41,298 bases of DNA from the NCBI GenBank assembly GCA_947643245.1, contig CANRVI010000002.1:1-41298 (forward strand), read 5' to 3'. A program made the translations under genes and the position numbers. Each line of letters starts with the position of its first letter. The stretch's first letter is position 1. The DNA comes from an uncultured Clostridia bacterium. GTDB taxonomy: Bacteria > Bacillota > Clostridia > Oscillospirales > CAG-272. The notes beneath the pieces are model-generated. The model saw nothing but the letters and a program-made list of their open reading frames with translations, was not told the origin of the DNA and did not search any database. Positions 9,391 through 18,186 of the stretch are shown in pieces.

Positions 9391-10062
9391 CTACGGAATC
9401 ATATATCCTGCATTTTTCTTCGTTATAATAAAATCGGAAAGACCCACGTCTGCAAGTTTGCGGCGCAGACGGGTCATATTGACAGTGAGCGTATTGTCGT
9501 CAATAAAAGCGTCGCTTTCCCAAAGCCTGTGCATAATCGTGTCTCTTGAGACGATGCTCCCACCGTTTTCCATCAACAACTGCAGAATCCGAAATTCATT
9601 TTTCGTCAGTTCCGTTTTTTGATTTCGGACCTGAAGCGTAGCATCCGCCAAATTCAGGATAGCGCCTCCCCTCTCCAGTAGTTGAGCAGATGCGCCGAAT
9701 GAATAGGTCCGGCGCATCAATGCCTGAACCTTAGCACACAACACAGTAAGGTCAAAAGGCTTCGGGATAAAATCATCCGCCCCCATATTCATGGCCATGA
9801 CAATATTCATTTTGTCCCCCGCTGAAGATAAAAAGATAATCGGAACACTGGACAGGCTGCGAATCTGCTGGCACCAGTAATATCCGTTGAAAAAGGGGAG
9901 AGATATATCCAGCAGCACCAGTTGAGGATCAAAAGACGTAAAGGTTTCCAAAACATGTTGGAAATCCCCGGCGCACAGCGTTTTATATCCCCACCGAACA
10001 AGCTGATTTTCCACCGCCGTCGCAATGGCAGCGTCATCTTCGACAATCAATATTTTATACAT
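9391..10062 (-). CDS. OmpR-family response regulator (BceR-like)
   Basis: MYKILIVEDD, a receiver Asp in VLLDISLP, and a winged-helix C-terminus (TLTVNMTRLRRKL). GGAGG lies upstream of ATG 10062. Confidence 0.9.
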   Translation of the reverse strand: MYKILIVEDDAAIATAVENQLVRWGYKTLCAGDFQHVLETFTSFDPQLVLLDISLPFFNGYYWCQQIRSLSSVPIIFLSSAGDKMNIVMAMNMGADDFIPKPFDLTVLCAKVQALMRRTYSFGASAQLLERGGAILNLADATLQVRNQKTELTKNEFRILQLLMENGGSIVSRDTIMHRLWESDAFIDDNTLTVNMTRLRRKLADVGLSDFIITKKNAGYMIP

Positions 10063-10098
10063 AGCTTGGCTGGCCTCCGCATGTAAAACTGTATCAAT

Positions 10099-10127
10099 AT
10101 AATAACACAATCATTTTCCGAATGCAA
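10099..10127 (-). promoter_or_regulatory. Candidate promoter of the RR-HK operon
   Basis: Minus strand reads TTGCAT (10122-10127), 17 bp, TATTAT (10099-10104) with TG one base upstream of the -10 hexamer. Confidence 0.35.
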
Positions 10128-10286
10128 CAGAAGGGACGAACAAGGAATGTCTTTCTCCGTTCTCTTGGAAAGGATGCCTCCCTCTGTTACGTTGCGCAAG
10201 CGAAATGTAGGTCGCAGGAAAGGGAAAGATGATGCACGCCGCATCTTTGCAAACTTGTTAAATTTCATAAATTCCGGCCCTTTTTG

Positions 10287-10315
10287 TTGAAACGAAACCC
10301 TTTTCATGGTAGAAT
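10287..10315 (+). promoter_or_regulatory. Candidate promoter of the esterase/amidase genes
   Basis: TTGAAA (10287-10292), 17 bp, TAGAAT (10310-10315) preceded by TGG (extended -10). Confidence 0.5.
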
Positions 10316-10347
10316 ATTCACAGCAATCAATTTGGAGGACAATATAT

Positions 10348-11064
10348 ATGTTTGCAGACTCTTTTTCCTTTGAAACCTTTGAAGGCACAAAATGGACGGC
10401 TCCCTATCGCCTACGCCTGCCGGAAAACTACAGCATTGAAAAGAAATATCCCGTTGTGCTGTTTTATCACGCTGCTGGCGAACGGGGGGATGATAACATT
10501 ATGCAGCTTGCTATCGGACTGCCTGTAGCTATGCAGAATTCGAACAGCCCCTTGTACGACGCCATTATCATTGCTCCTCAATGTCCTAAAGACAAAAAGT
10601 GGGTGGACACAGACTGGAGACTGGGCAACTATCGTGTAGACGATACACCGGAGACAGTCTACATTCAAACCGCGCTGGAGCTGCTGGACTATACCTTAAA
10701 AAAATATAGCTGCGACAAATCCAGAATTTATATTATGGGTATTTCAATGGGATCCTTTGCGGTATGGGACACCCTGGCTCGTCACGGGGAACGGTTTGCC
10801 GCTGCTTTTGCCTGCTGCGGCGCAGGAGACCCGTCGAAGGCAGAACAGATGCGGAATATCCCTATTTGGACATATCACGGCGCATTGGATCCGGAAGTGC
10901 CTGCCGACGGAACCAGAAATATGGTGCAGGCCATTCAGGCGGCTGGCGGAGAAAAAATCCATTACACAGAATATCCCGATTTGAATCACTGGAGCTGGGA
11001 TGCTGCGTATTCCAGCTACGACGATATCCGCGCAATGTTTGAACAGCAAAAAAGCATACAATAA
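10348..11064 (+). CDS. Alpha/beta hydrolase (carboxylesterase / prolyl-oligopeptidase-like), cytoplasmic
   Basis: Nucleophile elbow GISMGSF, with downstream HGALDPEV and DLNHWSW as plausible Asp and His of the triad. No signal peptide. GGAGG lies 9 nt before ATG 10348. Confidence 0.7.
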   Translation: MFADSFSFETFEGTKWTAPYRLRLPENYSIEKKYPVVLFYHAAGERGDDNIMQLAIGLPVAMQNSNSPLYDAIIIAPQCPKDKKWVDTDWRLGNYRVDDTPETVYIQTALELLDYTLKKYSCDKSRIYIMGISMGSFAVWDTLARHGERFAAAFACCGAGDPSKAEQMRNIPIWTYHGALDPEVPADGTRNMVQAIQAAGGEKIHYTEYPDLNHWSWDAAYSSYDDIRAMFEQQKSIQ

Positions 11065-11094
11065 GCACTTGCTCCAGTAGGAGGGGGCACACAG

Positions 11095-11907
11095 ATGAAA
11101 AACTGGGGAAAATTTCTGGCACTATTTTTGCTTTTGCCCCTGCTCGGCAGCAGTTTTCTCTCCTGCCGCAACGCAGAGTCACATACGCCAAAGGACGATG
11201 CAGAGGATCAGCAAGAAGAAGACTTTCCCCGTACTGGGAAAGACGACATCACCGTATGTATCGACGCCGGTCATGGATTTGGCGATGTGGGGTGCGGACC
11301 AGCTTATATAGGTGCCTATGAATATGAAATCACCCTCTGCGTGGCACAACTGCTGCGGGACAAGCTGGAGAAAGAAGGAATTACCGTGATCCTTACTCAT
11401 GACGGAAGTACCTTTCCCTCCTCAGAAGAAATCAGTAATCTGGCAGACCAGCATAGTATTACCTATAAGCCGGAAAATATGATTGACAACAATGTGTTTA
11501 GCGCCTATGAACGGGTGATTTGGGAAAATGTGCTGGATCGTCAGACGGCCGGGGGGCTGGATCTCTTTGTGTCCTTGCATGTAAATTCCGTTGAAAACGC
11601 ACCGCAAGTTTCCGGCATGTCCATCGACTACTGCGAGGAAAACCCCAACCGCTCCTTTTTGCGGGGCTTTTCCAACAACTTAAAAAAAGCATATTTAAAC
11701 GCAGAACTAACCGACAGTTTTACCATATTTGAAGATACATACGAAGATTCCTTCATCGTTACAAAGTATACAGAGATTCCATCCGTCCTGATCGAGATGG
11801 GATATTCCACCAATATGGACGACGCACAAAGGCTACGTTCTGAAAAATGGCAAAATGCGTTTGCCTCTCTTTTATGTGAGAGAATCTGCTACGCTTTTGG
11901 GAAATGA
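11095..11907 (+). CDS. N-acetylmuramoyl-L-alanine amidase (Amidase_3 family) lipoprotein
   Basis: Signal peptide with a lipobox-like FLSC. CIDAGHGFGD, LFVSLHVNS and VLIEMGYSTN match the amidase_3 zinc-site blocks. Confidence 0.8.
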   Translation: MKNWGKFLALFLLLPLLGSSFLSCRNAESHTPKDDAEDQQEEDFPRTGKDDITVCIDAGHGFGDVGCGPAYIGAYEYEITLCVAQLLRDKLEKEGITVILTHDGSTFPSSEEISNLADQHSITYKPENMIDNNVFSAYERVIWENVLDRQTAGGLDLFVSLHVNSVENAPQVSGMSIDYCEENPNRSFLRGFSNNLKKAYLNAELTDSFTIFEDTYEDSFIVTKYTEIPSVLIEMGYSTNMDDAQRLRSEKWQNAFASLLCERICYAFGK

Positions 11908-12023
11908 TAGCGCCGATGCGTCGTGCTTTCTGTGCAAACTGGCGTATCCCTTCTGCAAAAGAAGGGGAAAACTGCGTTTTTTAACAAAATAAAAATTTCA
12001 TGCATTTAATTTTTTTCATCTGC

Positions 12024-12051
12024 TTGACATCCCGGTTTCTGTGGCTATAAT
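12024..12051 (+). promoter_or_regulatory. Candidate sigma-A promoter
   Basis: TTGACA (12024-12029), 16 bp, TATAAT (12046-12051). Confidence 0.55.
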
Positions 12052-12090
12052 GTTTACTATATCTAAAATGCAAAAGGTCAGGGTAAAGCA

Positions 12091-13167
12091 ATGAAAAAAA
12101 AGGTTGGCATCGTCGGATACGGCGGCATGGGACAATGGCATGCCTGCAGCATTACCGGCACCACATATTTGGAATCCATCCCCTTTGAAGAAAGCGATGT
12201 AGCAGAAGTCGCCGGTGTGTATGACATTGATCCAGAAAAAAGAAGCAAGGCCCAGGCAGACGGATATGCTGTATATCCATCTTTGAATGCGCTGCTGGCA
12301 GTTCCTGAAATCGATATCATAGTGGTGGCAACGCCCAATGATGTGCATGAATCCATTGCTGTGCAGGCAATGGAAGCAGGCAAACACGTTATTGTAGAAA
12401 AACCGGTGACCATGTCCTGTGAGGCTTTAGACGCTATGATCGCAGCAGCGGAGAAAAACGGCAAAAAATTTTCCGTGCACCAAAATCGCCGTTTTGATGA
12501 TTATTTTGTAGCTATGAAGCAGCTTGCAGATGAAGGCACAATTGGAGATATCATCAGTATCGAATCCCGGATTCACGGCGATCACGGTGTGCCGGGAGAC
12601 TGGCGCAAAACAGTGGAACAGGGCGGCGGCATGCTCTACGACTGGGGTGTTCATATGCTGGACCAGCAGCTGTGGATGCTGGGGTATGACGTTGACCGGG
12701 TATACGCCCGCTTCGACTATCTTACGGGGATTCCGGTAGATGACGGCTGCTTTGTAGATGTATATTTAAAAAGCGGTAAGGTGCTGCACACGGAAATCTG
12801 TACCTATAACTTTATCCCGCTGCCAATGATGTATATGCGAGGCAGAACAGGCACAGCCTTGTTCGGTACCTGGGGAGACGATGTGCAAGTCGTGCGCTGC
12901 ACGGAATGGGGCGACCACGACAACATCCTGCCGGTAAAGGCTGCGGCAGGACTCACCAAGACGATGGCGCCCCGGACAGGACGCTCCATGGAACAACTTT
13001 CTATAAAGCTTCCCAAAACAGACGTCCACGATTACTACCGCAATTTCTGCGCCGCTATTGACAGCAAAGAAGATTTGCTGGTAAACCACCAGCAAATGCG
13101 CGTAGTTATGCAGGTAATTATGGCGGCGTTTGAATCTGCCAAAACCGGTACTGTTGTGAAATTATAA
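12091..13167 (+). CDS. Gfo/Idh/MocA family NAD(P)-dependent oxidoreductase
   Basis: N-terminal Rossmann motif KVGIVGYGGMGQWH, the EKP motif (HVIVEKPV), and the typical ~358-aa length. Confidence 0.85.
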   Translation: MKKKVGIVGYGGMGQWHACSITGTTYLESIPFEESDVAEVAGVYDIDPEKRSKAQADGYAVYPSLNALLAVPEIDIIVVATPNDVHESIAVQAMEAGKHVIVEKPVTMSCEALDAMIAAAEKNGKKFSVHQNRRFDDYFVAMKQLADEGTIGDIISIESRIHGDHGVPGDWRKTVEQGGGMLYDWGVHMLDQQLWMLGYDVDRVYARFDYLTGIPVDDGCFVDVYLKSGKVLHTEICTYNFIPLPMMYMRGRTGTALFGTWGDDVQVVRCTEWGDHDNILPVKAAAGLTKTMAPRTGRSMEQLSIKLPKTDVHDYYRNFCAAIDSKEDLLVNHQQMRVVMQVIMAAFESAKTGTVVKL

Positions 13168-13220
13168 TGAAAAGCATCGGTTGAGCCTATATCTAACGCG
13201 TTGAAAGGTCCGCTAAAAAT

Positions 13221-13250
13221 AAAATGCCCTGTCATTAGACAGGGCATTTT
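13221..13250. terminator. Bidirectional rho-independent terminator
   Basis: AAAATGCCCTGTC (13221-13233), loop ATTA, GACAGGGCATTTT (13238-13250). It overlaps the stop codon of the minus-strand lipoprotein gene. Confidence 0.8.
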
Positions 13251-14022
13251 ATTCGTCTGCAGAAACTATGTCAACGATCTCCTGAAGGGAAAACAGTTCA
13301 TTTCCATATGGCTGTGTATTGTTTTCATCAGAGAACAATGTGGCATTGTCGGATTTTTCTTCTCGGGGCATATCCGGGTTGATTCTGGATACAGTCTCTC
13401 CGTCAGGTTCTATGCGAAAAAGAGATACTGTTCCCCGCACTCTTTGAAACGCCTGCTCCGGAAGTCCCGAGTTTGGATTCGTTGAATCTATAAAGTAGAT
13501 ATTATAGTCTCCCACTTGCGGGTCCGATTCCCCTTCATATGCTTCATGCAGTATCGTGTTTGCTATTTCTTCATCCGAAAACGATTCAAATATATGTACA
13601 TCATTATATCGGCTAATATGGTCCTGCAAGGGAATGTAACCTCCCCTGTGTAATATGGTTATAAGATCCCCCTGCTCCAAATCTCCTTTGTAGCATTCGT
13701 CAACAGCCAAACTTACTGCTGTAAAAGCATCTCCGTCGAAGGAGGTAAACACAACTTCCTGTATCACACCGCGTACGATTGCGTCAGCTTGTGCAGATAA
13801 CGTAGATATCTTGCTGTCGAACGCATAATCAGCTTGCGTATATACATCATAACAATTCACGTCATCAGATATCTCATATTTCACCGGAGCATCCGCGGTT
13901 AGATCCCGCTTTATCTGTATATCTGGTTTTAAATTAGGCGTGTCTTGCATATGACATCCAGAAAAAATCAATACACATATAAGAAGACTGCTACATATGA
14001 CCAATATCTTTTTTGCTTTCAT
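13249..14022 (-). CDS. Hypothetical lipoprotein, no recognisable domain
   Basis: MKAKKILVICSSLLICVLIFSGC has a good lipobox (FSGC). AAGGAGG SD upstream. The rest is acidic, and I recognise no motif. Confidence 0.6.
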   Translation of the reverse strand: MKAKKILVICSSLLICVLIFSGCHMQDTPNLKPDIQIKRDLTADAPVKYEISDDVNCYDVYTQADYAFDSKISTLSAQADAIVRGVIQEVVFTSFDGDAFTAVSLAVDECYKGDLEQGDLITILHRGGYIPLQDHISRYNDVHIFESFSDEEIANTILHEAYEGESDPQVGDYNIYFIDSTNPNSGLPEQAFQRVRGTVSLFRIEPDGETVSRINPDMPREEKSDNATLFSDENNTQPYGNELFSLQEIVDIVSADE

Positions 14023-14448
14023 AAAAACCTCCTTGAAATGTAATTATTATAGTATATACTTACTTATAATCGGGATATAAATGTATAACTGCAGCATTAT
14101 CAGCAGCGCTGGGAGTCTTTACAGTCCGACGATGCCCATACTGGCACATGATACTTGATTACTTTCTGTTTTATAATCCTTTGCTGTTTGTAATATCCTT
14201 ACAGGATTGCCGTCTCTAGCTGTAAAATGGGAAAGTCTTACTTGTAATTATAAACTCATGGGATTCACCCTTTCGTAACTTTATATTTTGATTATATGGT
14301 GTTTTTTTGGACAAAATCAACAGGATTTACGTCATATATTGTCGTTGATTTGATTTTTTTATTCAGCAACATTTCCAGTAGAAAATTTTCCCTCCACATA
14401 GCGATTCTTTTGTCAAAGCATCCCTTCGAAAAAATCTCCAGTCCCCCC

Positions 14449-14477
14449 TTGACAAGCGGCCCACGGTATGCTACGTT
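14449..14477 (+). promoter_or_regulatory. Candidate promoter of the thrS leader
   Basis: TTGACA (14449-14454), 17 bp, TACGTT (14472-14477). The -10 hexamer is weak. Confidence 0.45.
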
Positions 14478-14483
14478 GATATA

Positions 14484-14696
14484 TACAAATATTCATGCGG
14501 ACCATGTTGTCCGGTAGATTTTTATCTCGTCGTGCCAAGAGAGCCGCTTGGTGGGTGTAAAAGCGGACGCGACAGCCGGATGGTACCAGCCGCAGGTGTA
14601 AATTTATAATAATTGAGTGAAACGCTCGGGTGGAACCGTGCGGACATTGTCCTCACCCCGACACATTTTTGTCGGTGCGGGGATTTTTTCTTTTCC
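14484..14696 (+). promoter_or_regulatory. T-box riboswitch leader (tRNA-Thr responsive) with competing antiterminator and terminator
   Basis: AGAGAG box at 14538-14543. T-box sequence CGGGTGGAACCGTGCGG (14627-14643). Antiterminator: helix A1 TCGGG (14626-14630) with CCCGA (14657-14661), 7-nt bulge TGGAACC (14631-14637), helix A2 GTGCGGAC (14638-14645) with GTCCTCAC (14649-14656). Terminator: 14651-14663 pairs with 14670-14682, followed by ATTTTTTCTTTT. Tentative ACC specifier at 14585-14587, followed by A. Confidence 0.8.
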
Positions 14697-14730
14697 CGTA
14701 CCGTAAGAAAAAAGGAAAGGATAAAAAATT

Positions 14731-16665
14731 ATGCGGATTCAATTTGAAAACGGTCCAACAATGGAACCCGAACAGGTAGCTTCTATATACGACTTGGCTG
14801 CCCAGGCGGGCGCTATCTCCCGGGAGGTAATCGCTGCTGAAATCGATGGAGTGGTCATGGATCTTACTTCCGTAGTATCTCAGGACGCCAACATTCGCCT
14901 GCTTACCTTTGCCGATGAAGCAGGACAGCGGGTATTCAATCACACTGCAAGCCACATTCTGGCCCAGGCGGTAAAACGCCTGTATCCCGAAACGAAACTG
15001 GCAATTGGGCCTGCCATTGACAACGGATTTTACTACGATTTTGATTCAGAAATTTCCTTTACCCCCGAAATTCTTACAAAATTGGAAGGGGAAATGAAGA
15101 AAATTGTAAAGGAAAACCTACGTTTGGAGCGATTTACACTGTCTCGAGATGAGGCAATCGCCCATATGGAGGCTGCAGGAGAGCCCTACAAAGTACAGCT
15201 GATTTCCCGCGTTCCCCAGGGCGAGGAAATTTCTTTCTACCGGCAGGGGGAATTTACCGATCTGTGTGCTGGGGCCCACCTATTTGCTACAGGACTTGTA
15301 AAGGCCATAAAGCTTACCTCCTGTACAGGCGCTTACTGGGAAGGTAACAGCAACAACAAAATGCTGCAGCGTATCTACGGTACGGCCTTTCCCAAAAAAG
15401 ATCAGCTAAATGCATATCTGACTATGGTTGAGGAAGCAAAAAAGCGGGATCACAACAAAATTGGCCGGGAATTGGAGTATTTCACTACAGTAGATGTAAT
15501 TGGTCAGGGGCTGCCAATTCTGATGCCCAAGGGCGCAAAGGTAATCCAGACTCTGCAGCGGTTTGTAGAAGATGAAGAAGCCCGCCGAGGATACGTGCTT
15601 ACAAAAACGCCCTACATGGCAAAGCGTGAGCTGTACAAAATATCCGGACACTGGGATCACTACCGGGACGGTATGTTTGTTTTGGGCGATCCAGATGACG
15701 AAAGCAAGGAATGCCTTGCGCTGCGGCCGATGACCTGTCCCTTCCAGTATCAGGTATATCTAAATAAAAAGCGTTCCTACCGGGATCTGCCTATGCGGCT
15801 TGCAGAAACCTCCACCCTGTTCCGCAACGAGGATTCGGGAGAAATGCATGGACTAATCCGTGTACGCCAGTTTACGATTTCCGAAGCACATATCGTGCTG
15901 CGCCCCGACCAGCTTGCCCAAGAGTTCAAGGGCTGTTTGGAGCTTGCAAACTATATGCTTGAACTTTTGGGTCTGGCAGAGGACTGCACCTACCGGTTCT
16001 CTCAGTGGGATCCTAATAATCGGGAAAAATATGAAGGTACCACTGAACAGTGGGAGGAAGCCCAGGCAGTCATGAAAAACCTGTTAGACGAAATTGGGCT
16101 AGAATATAAAATCGGTATTGATGAAGCCGCTTTCTACGGACCTAAACTGGACATTCAGATCAAGAACGTCCACGGCAAGGAAGACACGCTGATCACCCTG
16201 CAGATTGATATGCTGCTGGCTGAAAAATTTGGTATGGAATATACCGATTCAGACAATACGCAAAAAACGCCGTATATCATCCACCGTACCAGCATCGGTT
16301 GCTACGAACGCACCTTGGCACTGTTGCTGGAAAAATATGCCGGCGCGCTGCCAGTGTGGATTGCGCCTGTACAAGTGACCGTGCTGCCAGTGTCCAATCT
16401 GTTTGAAGAATATGCTGTGCAGGTGCGCGATAAGCTGCAGACCGCCGGTATCCGGGTAGAAATGGACGCTCGCAATGAAAAGATTGGCTATCGTGTACGG
16501 GAAGCACAGCTCTCCAAGGTTCCGTATATGGCCATTGTAGGGGCCGATGAACAGGAAGCCGGAACAGTATCTGTCCGTGCCCGGAAAGAGGGAGAAGGCG
16601 GACTCCTGTCTGTGGACAACTTTATACAAAAGGTTCTCTTAGAAATCGCCGAAAAAAGAAAATAA
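14731..16665 (+). CDS. thrS: Threonine--tRNA ligase
   Basis: 644 aa. N-terminal TGS-like segment, second additional domain (HTASHILAQAVKRLYP), class II core (FRNEDSGEMHGLIRVRQFT), C-terminal anticodon-binding domain. AGGAAAGGA SD upstream. Confidence 0.95.
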   Translation: MRIQFENGPTMEPEQVASIYDLAAQAGAISREVIAAEIDGVVMDLTSVVSQDANIRLLTFADEAGQRVFNHTASHILAQAVKRLYPETKLAIGPAIDNGFYYDFDSEISFTPEILTKLEGEMKKIVKENLRLERFTLSRDEAIAHMEAAGEPYKVQLISRVPQGEEISFYRQGEFTDLCAGAHLFATGLVKAIKLTSCTGAYWEGNSNNKMLQRIYGTAFPKKDQLNAYLTMVEEAKKRDHNKIGRELEYFTTVDVIGQGLPILMPKGAKVIQTLQRFVEDEEARRGYVLTKTPYMAKRELYKISGHWDHYRDGMFVLGDPDDESKECLALRPMTCPFQYQVYLNKKRSYRDLPMRLAETSTLFRNEDSGEMHGLIRVRQFTISEAHIVLRPDQLAQEFKGCLELANYMLELLGLAEDCTYRFSQWDPNNREKYEGTTEQWEEAQAVMKNLLDEIGLEYKIGIDEAAFYGPKLDIQIKNVHGKEDTLITLQIDMLLAEKFGMEYTDSDNTQKTPYIIHRTSIGCYERTLALLLEKYAGALPVWIAPVQVTVLPVSNLFEEYAVQVRDKLQTAGIRVEMDARNEKIGYRVREAQLSKVPYMAIVGADEQEAGTVSVRARKEGEGGLLSVDNFIQKVLLEIAEKRK

Positions 16666-16666
16666 G

Positions 16667-16697
16667 AAAAGCGCTCCCGTAAACGGGAGCGTTTTTC
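16667..16697 (+). terminator. Rho-independent terminator of thrS
   Basis: GCGCTCCCG (16671-16679), loop TAAA, CGGGAGCG (16684-16691), then TTTTT. Confidence 0.8.
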
Positions 16698-16715
16698 GTT
16701 CCTACGGCGTAGAGA

Positions 16716-16747
16716 AATAAAAAAGAGGGACGATGTCCCTCTTTTTA
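16716..16747. terminator. Rho-independent terminator of hemW (hairpin usable in both orientations)
   Basis: AGAGGGAC (16724-16731), loop GAT, GTCCCTCT (16735-16742), flanked by A- and T-runs. It overlaps the hemW stop codon. Confidence 0.7.
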
Positions 16748-17950
16748 AAACTGATTCGCCGGAGAAATGGCGTTCAAATCCTCAAAGGTTAAAATATCAG
16801 ATAAAATATAGTTGGATACAAACATCCCCGCATGGGTCAGCGCAATGTTATCTCCTCGCCGTACCATATAACCCTTTTTCAAATAAAAGGGCAGCTTGGC
16901 GCCATATAATTCCAGAAAATCACTGCCAAAGGTGCGCTGAAATTCCCCCAAAGGCAGTCCGTCCGATAGGCGAAACTTCAGCATAATATATTCGCCCATC
17001 CGTGCTTTCCCCTTTATCTCTTCAGAAGAAACAGTAATACCAATATCACTTGCAATATGTTCAATTCCCTTGATATATGCCTGTACATTGGGAATAAAAG
17101 AAAACCGTGTCCCATTAAAAAAAGAATGCGCGCTGGGGCCAAGTCCCAAATATTCTTCGCAGTTCCAATATTTTAAATTGTGCTTACACATCTTCCCTGG
17201 TCGGGCAAAATTGCTGATCTCATACTGCTTGTACCCCCGCTTTTCCAGCATAGCACAGGCAGCGCGGTACATATCAAACTCCATATCCTCATCTGGAAGA
17301 GACAGCTGATGACGGAGCTTATAAAAAGGAGTGCCTGGTTCAATTTTTAAATTATACAACGAAACGTGCTCTGGCCGCAGCCGAGTAACATAATCAACGG
17401 ACCCAAGCAGACTTTCCTGCGTCTGCCGTGGGATCCCAAACATAAGATCCACACTAATATTTTCAATTTTTGCCCGCCGTGCGTCCTGGAAGCACTGCTC
17501 AAAGTCCCCACGGCTGTGGATCCTGGACAAACCCTGCAGTTCTCCTTCATGGGCAGATTGCAATCCGATACTAATCCGATTTACGCCGGCACGACGCATG
17601 CGGACTAATGTTCTATATGTGACAGTGGCGGGATTTACCTCTACAGAAAATTCTACATTTTTAGCCAAATGAAAAGTATGACGCACTCCACGAATCAACC
17701 GGAGCAGCTGCTCTTCCGGCAAAACTGTTGGGGTTCCGCCGCCGATATATACACTGTCCGGCGTGCGCTGAGATACAGCGCTTTTATAATATTCCATATG
17801 GGAAAGCAGGGCATTTACATAGCGTTCATAAATTGTTTCATCCCCGGGAGCGAAAGAATAAAAATCGCAATATGCACACTTGCTGCGGCAAAAAGGTATA
17901 TGCACATAGATCCCAAGCTTTCCGCCCACATTTTTTTGAACGACAGGCAT
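16745..17950 (-). CDS. hemW: Radical SAM heme chaperone HemW (coproporphyrinogen III oxidase-like)
   Basis: LGIYVHIPFCRSKCAYCDFYS (CxxxCxxC), then GGGTPT, and a HemN_C-like C-terminus. GGAGG SD upstream. Confidence 0.88.
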   Translation of the reverse strand: MPVVQKNVGGKLGIYVHIPFCRSKCAYCDFYSFAPGDETIYERYVNALLSHMEYYKSAVSQRTPDSVYIGGGTPTVLPEEQLLRLIRGVRHTFHLAKNVEFSVEVNPATVTYRTLVRMRRAGVNRISIGLQSAHEGELQGLSRIHSRGDFEQCFQDARRAKIENISVDLMFGIPRQTQESLLGSVDYVTRLRPEHVSLYNLKIEPGTPFYKLRHQLSLPDEDMEFDMYRAACAMLEKRGYKQYEISNFARPGKMCKHNLKYWNCEEYLGLGPSAHSFFNGTRFSFIPNVQAYIKGIEHIASDIGITVSSEEIKGKARMGEYIMLKFRLSDGLPLGEFQRTFGSDFLELYGAKLPFYLKKGYMVRRGDNIALTHAGMFVSNYILSDILTFEDLNAISPANQF

Positions 17951-18101
17951 AGTCGCTGCCTCCTTTCCCTGTTATCGCAATATTACACCAAAATACATGA
18001 TCACACTGCCTATGATACCACAAATTGAGATCCTGCGCAAGTCGTTTTCATGCCGAGTTCTTCTGAATGTCTGAATTTACTGTGAATTTACAGGGATTCT
18101 A

Positions 18102-18130
18102 TTGAAATAAAATGGAATTTATTATATAAT
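18102..18130 (+). promoter_or_regulatory. Candidate sigma-A promoter of metY-metA
   Basis: TTGAAA (18102-18107), 17 bp, TATAAT (18125-18130). This leaves only a ~50-nt 5' UTR. Confidence 0.55.
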
Positions 18131-18186
18131 GTATTGTGTGTTTTAATAGCACAAAAAATCCGGGTAACAGGAAAGGAAGAAAAATT

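Noticed and set aside
10047-10388. 113-aa minus-strand ORF spanning the RR/esterase intergenic region
   Set aside because: It overlaps the RR start, both candidate promoters and the esterase start. It has no SD and no motif. About 160 bp (10128-10286) remain unexplained, but I saw no conserved RNA-like structure there.
11941-11980. Hairpin CCCTTCT-GCAAA-AGAAGGG after the amidase gene as a terminator
   Set aside because: The stem is short and the T-run lies 12 nt away (GAAAACTGCGTTTTTT). It may be a weak terminator but is not confident enough to annotate.
14119-14259. 47-codon minus-strand frame with SD (AAAGGGTG) and ATG but an in-frame TAA at codon 4 (MSL*LQVRLSHFTARDGNPVRILQTAKDYKTESNQVSCASMGIVGL)
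   Set aside because: It could be a decayed small gene. However, I recognise no family, the downstream part has no start codon of its own, and other genes here terminate on TAA, so readthrough or recoding is unsupported. It is mentioned only as context for the AT-rich patch.
14296-14517. 73-aa plus-strand ORF upstream of thrS
   Set aside because: It overlaps the thrS promoter and the start of the T-box leader, has no SD, and translates to hydrophobic low-complexity sequence.
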